From the NCBI RefSeq assembly GCF_036321535.1, contig NC_087436.1, forward strand, positions 24,926,001-24,990,000: DNA of 64,000 nucleotides, written 5' to 3'. Below the pieces are notes generated by a model, which was given only the letters and a program-made list of their open reading frames with translations, was not told the DNA's origin and made no database searches. Position numbers and translations under genes: made by a program. Position 1 is the first letter of the stretch. Each line of letters starts with the position of its first letter. This document shows, in pieces, positions 23,901 to 37,599 of the stretch. The stretch comes from Camelus dromedarius (taxonomy: Eukaryota).

Positions 23901-26900
23901 CTCAATCACATGATCTTTGTAAGAAATGTAATGCTCATCCTACTTTATAAAGTGAAATAGTCACTCTGACTTTTTCTGAAGTCAGGACACAGTAACACCA
24001 AGAAGATGCACATGTGAGGAATGACTGGATTTTTGTTTTCTGCTTGTATTTCTTAAACATCACCAAGATTCCTAGAGGCAGCTTCTATGTATACATAACA
24101 GCCTGGATTTGTAGTCTCAGAAAAGAACACAGTAGAAAACTTAGTGACATGCCTTTAAAAAGAGTTTTGTAGGTTGTCTGTTTCAGCCTGAAAGAAGTGG
24201 GTCATGACGGTGACTGCAGATTTATCAAGAAATTTAAGATTTTTAAAAATTTCAGCTGCAGCTCGGCTTATCCCCAGATTTTGACAGTGATGACATGAAC
24301 CATGGCTAAGGAATAGCTCCTGATTCACCCGTGTCTGTATTTCGGGACTTATTTTAAGACTGAAGCTCGAGTTTGCAAGGACGCTGGGGTAACTGTCCAA
24401 CCTGATCACAAGTGTTCTTATCCTCGTGGACATCTTGCAGGAATAAAATAGTTTCCTCCAATTCTATTTGGATTCTGAGAGCTTGTAAATAGACCCAGCC
24501 TCTGCAGGTGATGCAGTACAATGGACGAGTTTGGTACCATTGAACTGTAAAGTACCATGAAGAGTGTCTGAAAGTTGAAATTAACTTTTTATTAGCATGA
24601 CACAGCTGTGGGCTGTTTCATCTTGTCAGCAGCAAATTTCTGGTTCTCTCACTTGCCTTTTCATAGACCTCACATTGGTTCACCTCCAGCTATGCCTGCC
24701 GTCCTAACAGGCACTGTCCTGCTCCTTGTCAGCTTTTTCTAGTCCTATTGCTTCTTTATGTGGCTTTTTGATGTTTCAAAAGAAGCGTGGAATGTGAGAC
24801 CTTTCATTTTCAAATGTGCTTTTACTGGCTTTGATGCCCGTATCAGAGCAATAGCCTGGAAAGTTTGGGTGAAGGAGAAATGGGGGACCAGCTCTCCCAA
24901 GGGCTGACTGAATAACCTCAGTGAATGCTGTATTTTACTATCTGTGTCAAGAATATGAGTTAAACAATAAGTCTTCACGTCCCCCAGACTTTGCTAGCCA
25001 CATGCCAGGTTTGTTGCCTAGACACCTGACAAAATATAGACCTCCAGTGGTCGGATTTGTGCTAGATCTGAAATGGAATAATCCTGATTTCATAGTGTAG
25101 CTGTGTGCACGTGCTCTTTTATATCTCTCTTCTAAATAATTAGGGCTAGGTAGGCGGTTCATGCCTTGTTCTCTACGTACCTTATCTCTTTCCATTTGGC
25201 CACCCAGATAGGCATCCTAGTTTTGCCTATGAATATTTAAAGCCATGACCTCCTGAAAGAAATAACCTGAAATAGCTGAGTGCATGAATATTTGCTCTGT
25301 TATGCAGTTTTGATTTCTGGAACATTGTGTTTTGAACTGCAGTGGAAACAAAAAGCCTCTTCATGGCGCTCAGTACATTTTGTTCTCCAGAGATTTGATG
25401 AGCTTAGATGCTATTCTAGGTCTTTTAAGGATTAAGATAGAACAATAACAACAAAATTTGGCCTAAATTAGAAATATTTCCAGTTTTAATATATCCAGTT
25501 ATTTGAAATTTCTGTGATTTTAGCAACTTGGGATAGAGGAGTATTGAACTATGCCTTGTGGAACCAGGTCACTTTAATGACAGTGAAAAAATTCGTTCCT
25601 AAAAGATCTAACGATGTCTACATTCATGCCATTTGAACTTCTTTATTTGAATAACTGTAATCTCACACAGTAAATCCACCAAAAAAAAGCAAATTCACAA
25701 TTAAAACTAGAAGCAAAATCAATGGACCAGAATGACTGCAAGGATAACAGAGCTTTGATTTAGACCCGAAACATCACCTCATTAGGTTTTTCCCAAATTC
25801 ATTGACTATTCTTGTCACCTTGAGGACAGTGGTTCATTTGTCTCACAGGAATCTAAAAGGAATATATATCAGACAAGTTAAATGAAACACAATCTAATTA
25901 CCAAGGAAAATATACTCCATCTATTCAAATTATTTTTTTCGTTCTTCAGGCATTCTAAGTGGAAATATGATACAGAATTGAGATGAGTCTTGTTCTTTTA
26001 CTCCTTGGTGACGCTCTTCTAAAAGTATGATTTGGTGAATATGGTGGTGTTAAAGATGATCTAGATTTAATAAACATAACTGGGAAATCCGTTCTAGCAA
26101 CTACTGTGAATTAGAGCAGATTTGATTGTGAAGAGTACAATTTTTCATAACATACCAACAATGTACTAGATTTCCCAGGCAAGGATCCCTCCCACACCTA
26201 GATGGTTTTTCCCTTCCTGATTAAAGCGACCTAATCAAACACCCTCAGGGTTGTATTCTGAATCACGAGGAATAGAGCTGGTTGTATATAGATTTTTTGT
26301 TGGATATTTCTAAGAGTTCTCTTTAAATTCTGCCTAATATTTTCAGAACTGAGTTTCTCATTGATGGCACATGGTACAGTAGATGTAATAGACTTTAAAG
26401 AGTTAGGCATAGGCATTTCATAACTGGAAGTCTGGCTGTTCACCTTGTGGAGTTAGTGATACAGAATATGAAATAAAATACCATAACTATGGAGAGGAAT
26501 ATCAATTGCAAATGATGTTCTGCTCTGAAAAATATGGAGACAATTATACATCCGGGCTTTTGGTTCAGACTACTCCATGTTTAACAAGTGAGCTAGCCTG
26601 TTTTTCCTAAGTGCTTCTAGGAATTCTTAAAGAAAAACACAAAATTCAGAATATAAGTGAATATAAGGACACTGGATAAAACCCAGAGGTCAAATATTTA
26701 AACTGAGAATTAGCTAATTTAAAAATGGTCCAAAAAATTCCATTTATAATGTTGCCCTTGAGATGTGGCTTCTACACACTTTGAATATTTCAGGTTATAT
26801 ATTGAGAAGGGACATTGACTTTCATCTCTCTAAAGGTGAATGAGCATTTCAGTCATGCAGTGATTTTGAAGACTGTGCCTAGTATTTTGAGGGCTTCCTA

Positions 26901-27498
26901 TGTATTTTTTTTTATATCTTTTAAAAAGTTATGTTTTCTCATTATAGATGATGGAAACTTCAATTCAGAGTACACAAGGCAAAATGTTATTTCCTTCTTC
27001 TGCCTTCCATCCTTCTTTCCTAGAGGTGACACTAGTGTTAACTAGGTATAACTAGTGTTACATATGCTTGTATCCTCTTTACACATTAATATGTATTCCT
27101 GTGTGTCACGTTGTGTGAGTACTTATACAGACAAACACACATATTTTTAAAATACATGAGATTAAATATACAAGTTGTTCTGTGACTTGCAACTTGCTTT
27201 TTTTCACTTAGTACTGTGCCATTTTTCTCCCTATATTGGTCCATGTAGGTTCACCTCATTCTTTTTAATGGCTGTATAGTATTCCATGGTATAAATGCAC
27301 CTTAATTTATTTAACCACTCTATTTTTGGTGGCTAATAAGATTGCTTCTTTGCTTTAGCTATTTGAAGGAATGATAAAATAAACATCAATGTACATACAT
27401 CTTTGTATGCTTTAAAGAGAATTTCTTTGGGATGGATTTCCGGAAATGGAATTGTGGGGTCAAAGGGCATGCACACTTTAAGATGGGTTAAATATGGC

Positions 27499-27636
27499 CA
27501 GGGGCTGGTATTCGGATGGTATTTCTTGGGAAGAGTGTAGTGGCAGGAGATCATCAACTGGTTACAGTTGGCATCCATTTTGATGAGCCAAGACCTGTGC
27601 CACATTGGATATTAAATTCTTTGAATTTCATCCCTG
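27499..27636 (-). mobile_element. Short hAT element (MamRep1894-like)
   Basis: Imperfect TIRs CAGGGGCTGGTATTC / GAATTTCATCCCTG; 138 bp; interrupts the L1ME. Confidence 0.6.
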
Positions 27637-27754
27637 AAATTGCCTTCCAAAAAAATTTCATTAAAAGCATACAAGAGTGCCTGTCTTTTGCCTTTCTCAC
27701 TCACACTTAATATGGCTTTTTAACTGTTGCCAACGTGAGAGATGAAAAATGAAA

Positions 27755-27908
27755 GAGGGAGTCTTGCTGCTCTATGGGTAGAAAGTTTCAGTTTTTCAAT
27801 ATAAGTCATTTCTAGACATCTACTGTGCAACATTTTGCCTGTAGTGTTGTGCACTTAAAATTTGTTAAGAAGGCAGATTTCATGTAAAGTGCTCTTGCCA
27901 CAATAAAA
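27755..27908 (+). mobile_element. L1MA/MB extreme 3' end
   Basis: atgggtagaaagtttcagt...ttctagacatctactgtgcaaca...gcacttaaaatttgttaagaaggcagatttcatgtaaagtgctcttgccacaataaaa. Confidence 0.8.
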
Positions 27909-28191
27909 GGATGATGTTGTATTTTAAAACTTTGCAGTTATCTGATTACCTGTGAGGTGGTTTCCTTTTATGAGTTTATTGGTCATTTTTGGTTCTTCTG
28001 GCAATTGCCTGTTCATTTGCTGTCTTTATTTTCTACTGGGTTGTTTGACTTTTCTTAACTGACAGGCAGGTCATTTTTACATATTGTAGACATTAAGCCT
28101 TTGTAGAATCTGCTGTGGATGTTTTCTCTCTGTGTCAGTACTTGCCTCCAACTTTGTTTTTGAAGTCTTTTGTTGAAAAATGCTTTTAATA

Positions 28192-30159
28192 AAATAAATT
28201 ACTTTATTGAGATATGATTGACATACAAAAAGCTGTATGTGCATGAAACTTGATGAGTTTCGAGATGGAAATACACCTGTGAAACCATCACCACAATCTG
28301 TATGGCCATAACATACTTCCAAAAGGCTTTGCATGCTCTCTCTATTACTATTTTCATTAATGATAAGAACATAAGATATGTCCTCTTCACAAATTTTTAA
28401 GTATACAGTATCCTTCACTATAGGCACTATGCTGTAGGGTAGATCTCTAGGATTTATTCATCTTGCAAGACTGAAACTTTGTACCTTTTGACTACTACCT
28501 CCACGTTTCCTCTGCTGCCAGCCCCTGGCAGCCACTGTTCAACTCTCTGCTTCTGTGGGTTGAGCATTTTCGATTCCTTATATAAGTGGTATAATGTAGT
28601 AAATGTCCTGTGTCTGGCTTCCATGTATTACAAATAGCAGAATTTCCTTTTTTTTTTTTTTTTAAGGCTAATATGCTATGTATATTTATACTGCATTTTC
28701 TTATCCATTTATTCATTGATGGACATTTAGGTTGCTTCCATACTTTGGCTATTCTGAATAATGCTGCAGTGAACATGAAATGCACAATATCCCTTCAAGA
28801 TCCTAATTTCATTTCTTTTGGATATGTAACCAGATGTGGGATTGCTAGATCATATGTAGTCCTTTTATTTTTTTTGAGGGACTTCCTTATTATTTTCCAT
28901 AGTGAATGAACCAATTTACATTCCCACCAATATTGTACTAGGTTTCTCTTTCTCCAAATGCATGCAAACACTTGTTATCTTTCAGTTTTTGGTAATACCC
29001 ATTCTAACAGGTGTGAGTTGTTACTTCATTGTGGTTTTGGTGTGCATTTCCCTGATGATTGGTGACGTTGAGCACCTTTTCATGTACCTGTTGGCCGTTT
29101 GCTTGTCTTCGTTGGAAAAAAGTCTATTCAGTCCCTTTGCTTATGTTTATTTTTTTTCTATTGAATTATAGGAATTACCTGTATACTTTGGATATTAATC
29201 CTTTATCAGATATATTGTTTACAGATATTTTCTCCCATTCTGTAGATTGTCTTTTCATTTTATTGATGGCTTCCTTTGCTGTGCAGAAGCTTTTTATTGC
29301 ATTTCTATAGCCGACAACAAATTACCGAAAAAGGAAATTAAGAAAACAATCCCATTCACAATAGCATAAAAATTAAATTACTTTAGAAAAACTTAAGGAA
29401 GTGAAAAATACACATTAAAAACTATAAAACACTGGTGAAAGAAATTAAAGCAGACACAAGTAAATGGAAAGACATTCCATGTTTATGGTTTGAAGGAATT
29501 GATACTGTTAAGATGTTTATACACTCAAAGTTATCTACATATTCTTCCAATCCTTATCAAATTCTCAATGGCTTTTTTTTTTTTTTTTTTTTTTTGCAGA
29601 AGAAAAATCCTAGGGTTTGTGTGGAACCACAAAAGACTGAATAGCCAAAGCAATTGTGAGCAAGAACAAAGCTGGAGGCATCACACTTTCTAACTTTAAA
29701 ATACATTGTAATACTACAGTAATCAAAACAATATGATACTGGCATAAAAAACAGACATATAGACCAATGGAACAGAATAGAAAGCCCAGAAGTAAACCTA
29801 CACGTACATGGTCAACTGATGTTTGGCAAAGGTGCCAAGAATACAGTGAGGAAGTGATGCTTTGATAATCTCTTCAATAAATGGTGCTGAGAAAACTGGA
29901 TATCTACATGCTAGAGTGAAATTTGACCCTTTTCTTATACTACACATAAAAGTTGATTTAAAAGGGACTAAAGACTTAAATACGTGAAATCATAAAGCTC
30001 CTAGATGAAAAGATGGGGGAAAACTTCTCTACATTGGCCTTGGCAACGATTTCTTGAACATGACACCAAAAGCACTGGCAGTAAAAGGAAACAGACAGTG
30101 GGACTGCATCAAAATTAAGAAGCTTCTGTACAGCAAAGGAAACAACAAAATGAAAAGAC
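28192..30159 (-). mobile_element. L1 (L1MA-like) with 5' inversion
   Basis: Antisense 3' UTR and ORF2 end 28192-29295 ([23 protein letters not shown]), then sense ORF2 29296-30159 (KEIKADTSKWKDIPCLW). Confidence 0.85.
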
Positions 30160-30652
30160 TTTAATTTTTATAAGCTCAAAATTGTCAGTTTTTCCTTTAG
30201 GGCTTTTCTGTTCTGTGTCTTGCTTAAGGAGGCCTTTTATACTCTGAAATTATAAAAATATTTCCTTGTATTTTCCTCTAACACATGCACATATAAATTT
30301 TATTCTTTAATCCATCTGCAGTTTTTACATGCTGTGGGTAATATTGCAGACCTCCTTGTGGGACTGGGATCTGAATCTTTTTTCCTTACAAATTGCACAT
30401 TTTCCCTATGCCATTTATTGAATAGTTCATTCCCCCCACTGATTTGAAATATCCACTTTATTATAAATTTTACATCTAAAATCCTCATGTATGTGTGAGT
30501 ATACTTCCCAGACTCTATTCTGTTGCAGTATATTTCTGCATGATACCAGACTGTCTTAATTTGTAGAGTATTTTAGTATGTTTTGCTGTCTTATGTCTTT
30601 CTTGCTTCAGGACTTCAGTCCTGAGTCTAGCTCGGTTCCAGGTACATGAGAC

Positions 30653-30815
30653 AGGGGTTCTTAACCCAGAGTTAATGACTCAGAGAATATGTGAAGTCCC
30701 TGGAACTGATATGCGATATTTTGTGTATTTGAAAGTATATGTATATGTCATTTTTCTAGAAAAGGAGTCCATTAAATTTCTTCAGATTCTGAAAATGGAC
30801 TGTTACCCTCAATAG
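30653..30815 (+). mobile_element. MER103C-like hAT-Charlie element
   Basis: caggggttcttaacccag...tttttctagaaaaggagtccattaaatttcttcagattctgaaaatggactgttaccc. Confidence 0.65.
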
Positions 30816-31777
30816 GAGGGTACATGTCCCAGATAGAAATGCTGAAAAAGAATCTGTTGAATTGAATTGACAAAATCCATTTCAGTGATTAATTTTCCCT
30901 CCAGCTGACATAGTTGACGACTAATGTGTATGTAAGAGGGAATAAAACTGATAGAGTTTGTTTATATGAAAGTAAGATACGTTCACTGGTGGCTTTAATT
31001 GCATCTCCTTATTCTAGTTAAAGTGGAGAACTGATTTATGTTAGAGTAGATCAGGACAGAAATACTTGCACATGACCAGTATCCATTATAGAACAAAAGT
31101 TTGTTTTGTTTTTAATATAAAGTCCCTGATAATTGACTCTGTTCTTTTTTCCACTAGGTGTGTAGGCTAAAAGGATTGATTGTTTTGATTGACTTAACTC
31201 TGTTCCAGATCAATAGAACAATCCAACTGGCTTTCTCCAACACTTCATTGACTGAATCAACTGGCTATTTTGGTGCTGGAGAGAACCTCGTTGTCCTTAA
31301 TTCATATCTTCCCTGTTGGAGTCTAGTCTATTTTGGAGTTTCAGTTCCAGAACATTGAGTTTTGTGTCAATGCATTTTCTGGTTTTGCTGCCTTGGGACA
31401 ATCTCCCTGTCTGCTCCAGTGACTCAAAATTATCTGGTCAATCTTGACTTTTTCAAAGTGTACTGGTGCTGGGTGTCATTCAGCCTTACATATGTGTAGC
31501 ATTTGAAAAAATTAGTGGTTGGGGTAAAAAGTGATAAGATAATTAGCACAGCAAGTCAAGAAAATAGGTTCAGCAAGTCACTGTCCTGCGTGACCTCCTC
31601 ATTAATATTACATATCCAGATGTCATTTGTCAGCCATTTCATTTAAAATTTAGAAACTATTTTTTTTTAAAGTTTGGTAAATACCAACACTTACTGTCTA
31701 ATAAAAAGAGTTTATAATATGTAGTGAGTTTGTTAACCATATAACAAACCGAGTAGATTGGTCATGTTTATGTTCTT

Positions 31778-33215
31778 TTTTTAATTAAAGACTTTTTTTT
31801 AAAAGCAGTTTTAGGTTTATGATAAAATTGAGAGAAAGGAATGGGTATTTTCCATATTCCCCTTGCCTTCACACATGGATAGCCTCCCCCATAATCGACA
31901 TCACTCACCAGCATGGTACATTTTTTTTAACAAGAAAGGACCCACGTTGACCCATTATAATGACCCAAAGTCCATAGTTTTCCTTAGGGTTCACTCTTAA
32001 CGCTGTGTATTTTATAGATTTGGACAAATGTATGACGACACATATCCATTATAATATCATACAGACTATTTCTGCTGCCCTAAAAATCCTTAGTTCTACC
32101 TTTTCATCTTCCCCTTCTGCACTGATCTCTGTTGCCTTCATAATTTTGTCTTTTCTAGAATGTCATACAGTTGGATCATACAGGATTTGGCCTTTTCAGA
32201 CAGGCTGCTTTCACTTATAAATACACATTTAAGTTACATCCGTGTCTTTTCGTGGCTTGATAGCACATTTCTTTTTTTGGCACTGAATAATATGCCATTG
32301 TCTGAATGTACCAGTTTTATCATTCATCTACTGAAGGACATTTTGGTTGCTTCCAAGTTTTGGCAACTATGAGTAAAGGTACTGGAAACATCCATGTGCA
32401 AGGTTTAGTGTAGGCACAAGTTTTCAAATCCTTTGGGCAAATACAAAGGAACATGATTGCTGGAGTCTATGATAAGAGTAAGTTTAGTTTTGTGAGAAGC
32501 CACTGAACTGTCTAACACAGTGGCTGTACCATTTGGGTTTCCAACAGTAATGTATGAGAGTGCTTATTTCTCCATATCCTCACCAGTATTGGATGTTATC
32601 AATGTTCTGGATTCTGGCCTTTCCTTTTGGTGTGCAGTAGCATCCTGTTGTTTTAATTTGCATTTCCCTGATGATGATGTGAAGCATCTTTTCGCATGTT
32701 TATTTTCCATCTGCATCTTCTTTGCTGAGGTGTCTGTGAAAGTCTTTGGTCCTTTTTTAATCACGTTGTTTGTTTTGTTGAGTTTTAAGAGTCCTTAATA
32801 TATTTAGATAACCGGCCTTTATCAAATATATCTTTTCAAATATTTTCTCCTAGTCTGTGGCTTGTCTTCTCTTGACATTGTCTTTTGCAGAGCAAAAATT
32901 TTAATTTTAATGAAGTCTAGTTTATCAGTTCTTTTTTTTAGATTTTGTGTCTGTTATTGTATCTAAACATCATACCCAAGGTCATCTAGATTTCCTTCTA
33001 TGTTATCTTTTAGGAGTCTTATAGTTTTGAATTTTACATTTGAGTTAATATTTGTGAAGGGTGTAAGATCCGTATCTAGATTCTTTTCCTTTTTATTTTG
33101 GCATGTGAATGCCTAGTTGTTCCAGAACAATTTGTGGAAAAGACTGTCTTTGCTCCATTTTATTGCCTTTGCTTCTTTGTCAAAGATCCATTGACTATAG
33201 GGGATCTGTTTATGT
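31778..33215 (-). mobile_element. L1MC-like 3' end
   Basis: agcagttttaggtttatgataaaattgag, ccaaagtccatagttttccttagggttcactctt, ttggttgcttccaagttttggcaactatg. Confidence 0.9.
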
Positions 33216-33859
33216 TCATTTCAGATTCCTGGTCTCTTTTTCTATAGTCAGTGGTTAGCCAGACATGATGGCCTCCTAGACCCAGATGTCAATATATTTT
33301 GTAGAGGAAACAAGAAATAAGTAGACCAGCAGTAATCCTTCCTGCTTTAACTCAGGTACCCAAAAGATATTGGAGGAAATGTCTAGCGTTATTTATTTTA
33401 TAATATCACAAAATAATAAAAGATTATTGTTGTCCTCTTTCTCTCTCTCTTTTTTTTTCTCTTTTGGTTTTCTTTGGTGATGTTGACTCTGGCTTGAGTG
33501 ATGAGCCTTAAATCATACCCAATATTACTGGGGGGAATTGGGTACTGTCTGATAAAAGGTCTGTCAAAAATGAGGTTCCTTTTTATTACATCTGAAGATT
33601 TAAAAAGTGAGTATAAATACACATAGTCAGTTAGTAGGTTTGAATATTAAATTCCTCTGTTCTATACTTTGTGTTTCATTATACTGACTACTAAATAGTA
33701 AAAATCAAGTTTTGGTTTGAGTAATTCTGAGACAGTGACTTTTGCCTTAAAATTTGTTCTAGTGATGCCCAAGGCTTAAGTATTAAGGTACAAATGAGAG
33801 CAGAAGTTTTAACAAATTGTGAAGACCCTTTGGGAGCATCTCTTACTTGAATTCCCATT

Positions 33860-33995
33860 TAATTAGGAGTTCCTTAAAGTTAGGGATCTGGTGTCATGTC
33901 ATGTCTCCCTAACACCTGGCTCAAATCCTGGTATATATTTGATGTTCAGTAAATATTTAAATGACAAGAAGAATAAAAGAAACAATAAATGAAAG
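33860..33995 (+). mobile_element. L2 3' terminus
   Basis: cctaacacctggctcaaatcctggtatatatttgatgttcagtaaatatttaaatga. Confidence 0.6.
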
Positions 33996-36044
33996 AATTT
34001 CCTCAAACAGAGACACAAAATATACCAGGATCACCCTCAAGTACTGGTGAAGTCATTACTTTGTGTCAAGAATGGGAGTTGCCACCTGTGTTATGTTATT
34101 GTACCATGATTTCATGTTATAGGTCAAGAAACTGACACTCAGTGGGCTTAAATGGCTTGGTATTACAGAGCAGAGCTGAGGTTTAAACCTGATGTATTTC
34201 TCAAAGTTACTGTAAATTTATTAATAGAGATTCAGACTTGCAACTTGAGATGGGGAGGGGAAAGGAGGCAAATGATGACTGAGCCACCACTAAAACAGGA
34301 TAATCTTGACATATTTGAATGAAATAGGAAGCTTACAGAAACATAAGTGTTACCTCTAGCCCAGTAATCTAAGTACCAATGAGACCTTTTTAATGCTGCT
34401 CTCCACTTCTTCCTTCCCATCTTTCTCCCCTACACATGCTGCTTGTTAGACTTCTGTTAATACACTTGATGAGTTAACTAAATTTTCCTAATTAGTACCT
34501 AATTCCCTGTGCCTTAACTTACTTTACTGCTTATGAGAAATAGCACAATTTCTAGAAAACGAAAAGCTATCAGAATAGACCCAAGGAGCAATAGCATGGA
34601 AAGATAATAGGTAATAGTGGGAGGGAGATATAAATGATCTTTGAAAACAGAGCTGAGTTATAGTATTCATTAACTCCTGATTACTAAGAAATTAGAAGCT
34701 GAATATTCCATTTCTAACTCTCTACATCCTACACAAAATGAATTTCAAGTCCATTATTGTTCTTTAATTTCACAAAACCTTTGTTCCTCCATTGTCTACA
34801 TTCCCAGGATTGATTTCTTTGTTGTTTTCTCCTCACAATGAAAGGATTTTTAACATCAACCTCAAAGACTTTGGATTTGGGATTTGTCTCCTAGAGAAAT
34901 TTGAGCACAAGGGATACACAAAAGTTAGTTTCTCAAAGCAAAGCAGAGGCAAGAGTTGTTTCATGGGAAGAAGAAATGATAATGAACATTATGTTGATAC
35001 AAACTTCTATTTCTTTATACAAGTAACCTTTCCCGTGACTAGAGTTTCATGGTTCAGCATTTTCAGATGTAAATATTTTTTCCTGACCGTGGCATAAATA
35101 AGTTCTGAATCACCCAGAGATACATTTGGCTTTAAAATAAGTGGCCTCATTTAAAGGGCTGCCTGAAAGTTGCAGTAGAAGGGAGAATGGAAGTGTGAGA
35201 AGGTGTAGTGTTTATTATTTATCAGGCTTCTCCCAGGTCCCCACTGGCATATATGAGCTTGACTGTCTCTGCACTTGCCACATTAATCACTTTCTCTTTT
35301 AAATTCAGGAGCATCAGGCTTGGTGTTCAGGGTCAAAGACAAGGTAAAACAATGAGAAAAGTCAATTATGGTAAATAAGCTTCTGTTAGTAAGTTAGAGG
35401 TAGTTCCATGATGATTTTACATCAGCCATTAAAAACAGTTTGTTTTCAGTTTATATCACTGCAAAGAACTGTATTTTTCATCTCTATTAGTAAAAAAGCT
35501 ATGCCTGCTAAGGTGATAAGGTATGCAATTCTTGTTCTACTTAGAATTATTTGGAATGTAAATATGCAGAATCTCTGGAGATAACAAATACTGTGTTTAT
35601 ATGAGAGGGATTTTTGTACCAAGAACACAGAAATACTAGCCTGAAGGTGATGTCTGGTTTTTCTGCTTATACCATCAACTACCCTCAGGTTTGTCTATGG
35701 TATATAGATTTTGGCCCTTTCAAGGAGGATACAGGGTGAGTCTGTTCACATTTCCCTATTTGTGAAGTTTTATTTCTCCTCCGCCTAGAAGAAGGAATGG
35801 AAACTCAATTTTGTACAGGTAAATTTAATATCGGGAAGTCAGAGCAGGGAGTGGTTTCTAGTATTTTCAGAGATAAGGACTTTTAACATCAACACACTTC
35901 ACCCTCCCTCTACTCATGACGGAAAGCTGCTAGGCATTTAGTAACTTATTCAATCACATCTCTGTCATTTTCAGATGTACAAGCATTTGAACAATCGTAG
36001 CCCACATATGTGTGAAGCAGATTCCATCTTTGAGGAATGTGGCT

Positions 36045-36614
36045 TAAAATAGCGTTCTCCTGCTGTCACCACATCCAGCTTCCCAGTAGTGTTCTCTCCG
36101 AAACACACTCTGCCCACTCCTGTTCAACACCCTTGTATTTATTCCTCTCCTTGGAATTCTTACCCCCAAGATTTTCACAAAGCTGACTCTTTCTTATGTT
36201 ATTTTAAAGAGGGGGGGCGGTGATTAGGTTTATTTATTTATTTTTAGTGGAGGTACTACGGATTGAACCCAGGACCTCCTCCATGCTAAGCATGCACTCT
36301 ACCACTGAGCTATACTCTCCCTCTTTTCTTATTATTCTGAATTCAGCTCAGATGTTTCCTACACGAAGAATCCTTCCTATGGACATCCAATCCAAAACAG
36401 CACTCCCACCCACCACCCACTTCCAGTCACTCTCTGTTACGTCACTTGCCTGATTTTTTCATAGCGCTTGTGACCATCTGGTGTTGCATTATTTGTTGGC
36501 CGTGCTCCTTTGCTGGGCTGTCCTTCATGAGAGTGGAGGCTTGGCCTGGCTTGTCTCTGCGGGATCCACAGGTGCTCCTGGTAGATACTCCCTAAACGTT
36601 TGTTGAATGAATGA
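36045..36614 (+). mobile_element. L2 3' end, interrupted by a SINE
   Basis: tattcctctccttggaattctta...ttttttcatagcgcttgtgaccatctg...aaacgtttgttgaatgaatgaa. Confidence 0.8.
36209..36321 (-). mobile_element. tRNA-Ala-derived SINE (camelid Vic-1 type)
   Basis: Minus strand gtatagctcagtggtagagtgcatgcttagcatggaggaggtcctgggttcaatccgtagtacctcca + aaataaataaataaacctaatcaccgccccccc; tttcttat on both sides suggests a TSD. Confidence 0.9.
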
Positions 36615-37599
36615 AAGAGGATATGAATCAGTTTGCAGAGCCTGCGTTGTTCATTGAGTTGTTCAGCCTACAAGCTGGGACACGTCAGCTTAGATTCTTT
36701 CCACGTGTAGTCGCCGTTGACGGATAGGTAGGATAACTGGATATTTAGTGAATGTTATCCTGTTGTCTCAGGATTTTTAATGATGCCCCAAAGTTGAGGG
36801 CAAAATGTTCTACAGAGTGATTTTATTCAGATCCCTAGAACACTTATGAAAAGGTGGCCAAGACATTAACCCTGCTTACCCACCTCCAGCCCATGTAAGC
36901 AGAGGGATCCCCCTGAGCTGAGAGAACAGTAGATGAGGGAGGGGTGGGAGGGAGAAAGGCTTCCCCCACAAGGCCATTGAGGGGCTTCTGGACCCCCAGC
37001 AGGGGACTCCTGCCCCTGGCTCCCAGCCTGAAAGCTTGCTGAGCCACAGTTGTGTTTTCTGAGGCCACTCCATGTACTGCTGCCTGAGCTGGAGAGCTCT
37101 CTGTAGATCCTGACATGAGCTCCCTGGAGTCTGAGGGCGCAGAAACAGGTGACTTTATGAGGAAGAAGTGTGAATGCTGGAGGTGACTGGGGTTGCTTTC
37201 ACTTCTGAGCAGGGTGAACCTCAGTGGATTCCTCTGGGTCAGTGGACCCAATATAGGTAGCCAAACAAATGCCACCTTTAAATAGTCTTATTCAAGAGAA
37301 TTGCCTAGAGACTGAGGGCTCCCTATAGAAAGATGCTGTTGGGGGTTAACTGCTGGAGGGCAGCTAGAGAATGGTACAGAGTAGGGAGTGTAAGCTGTTA
37401 AAAACCACCAAGGCCCACACTTCAAGGAGACCCACCTTTGGATGCTTGCCATGGCAGAGGGAGTTCAATAGCCAAGGGACAATGTCATAACACTAGCCAA
37501 GTAAAAGACCTTGTCCCTTAGTTCTTACCCACCCTGGCAGTGTAAATGAGGGAGAACAGAGAGAGAGAGCAGAGGTCACATCTCACTCTTGGTCTAGGG

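Larger units (their letters stand above)
26920..30595 (-). mobile_element. Ancient L1ME-like element split by three later insertions
   Basis: Collinear antisense L1 pieces at about 26920-27498, 27637-27752, 27912-28190 and 30160-30595 (e.g. cattctttttaatggctgtatagtattccatg, ccatttattgaatagttcattcccccac). Confidence 0.75.

Noticed and set aside
24155..24433. 92-aa minus-strand ORF in unique sequence
   Set aside because: No recognised homology or convincing splice boundaries.
36255..36321. Functional tRNA-Ala gene (likewise 9335-9410)
   Set aside because: Stems are mutated, an A-rich SINE tail follows and the copies interrupt L2s; these are SINEs.
36844..37275. 143-aa minus-strand ORF in a GC-richer patch
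   Set aside because: No known domain; stop scarcity is explained by local GC content.
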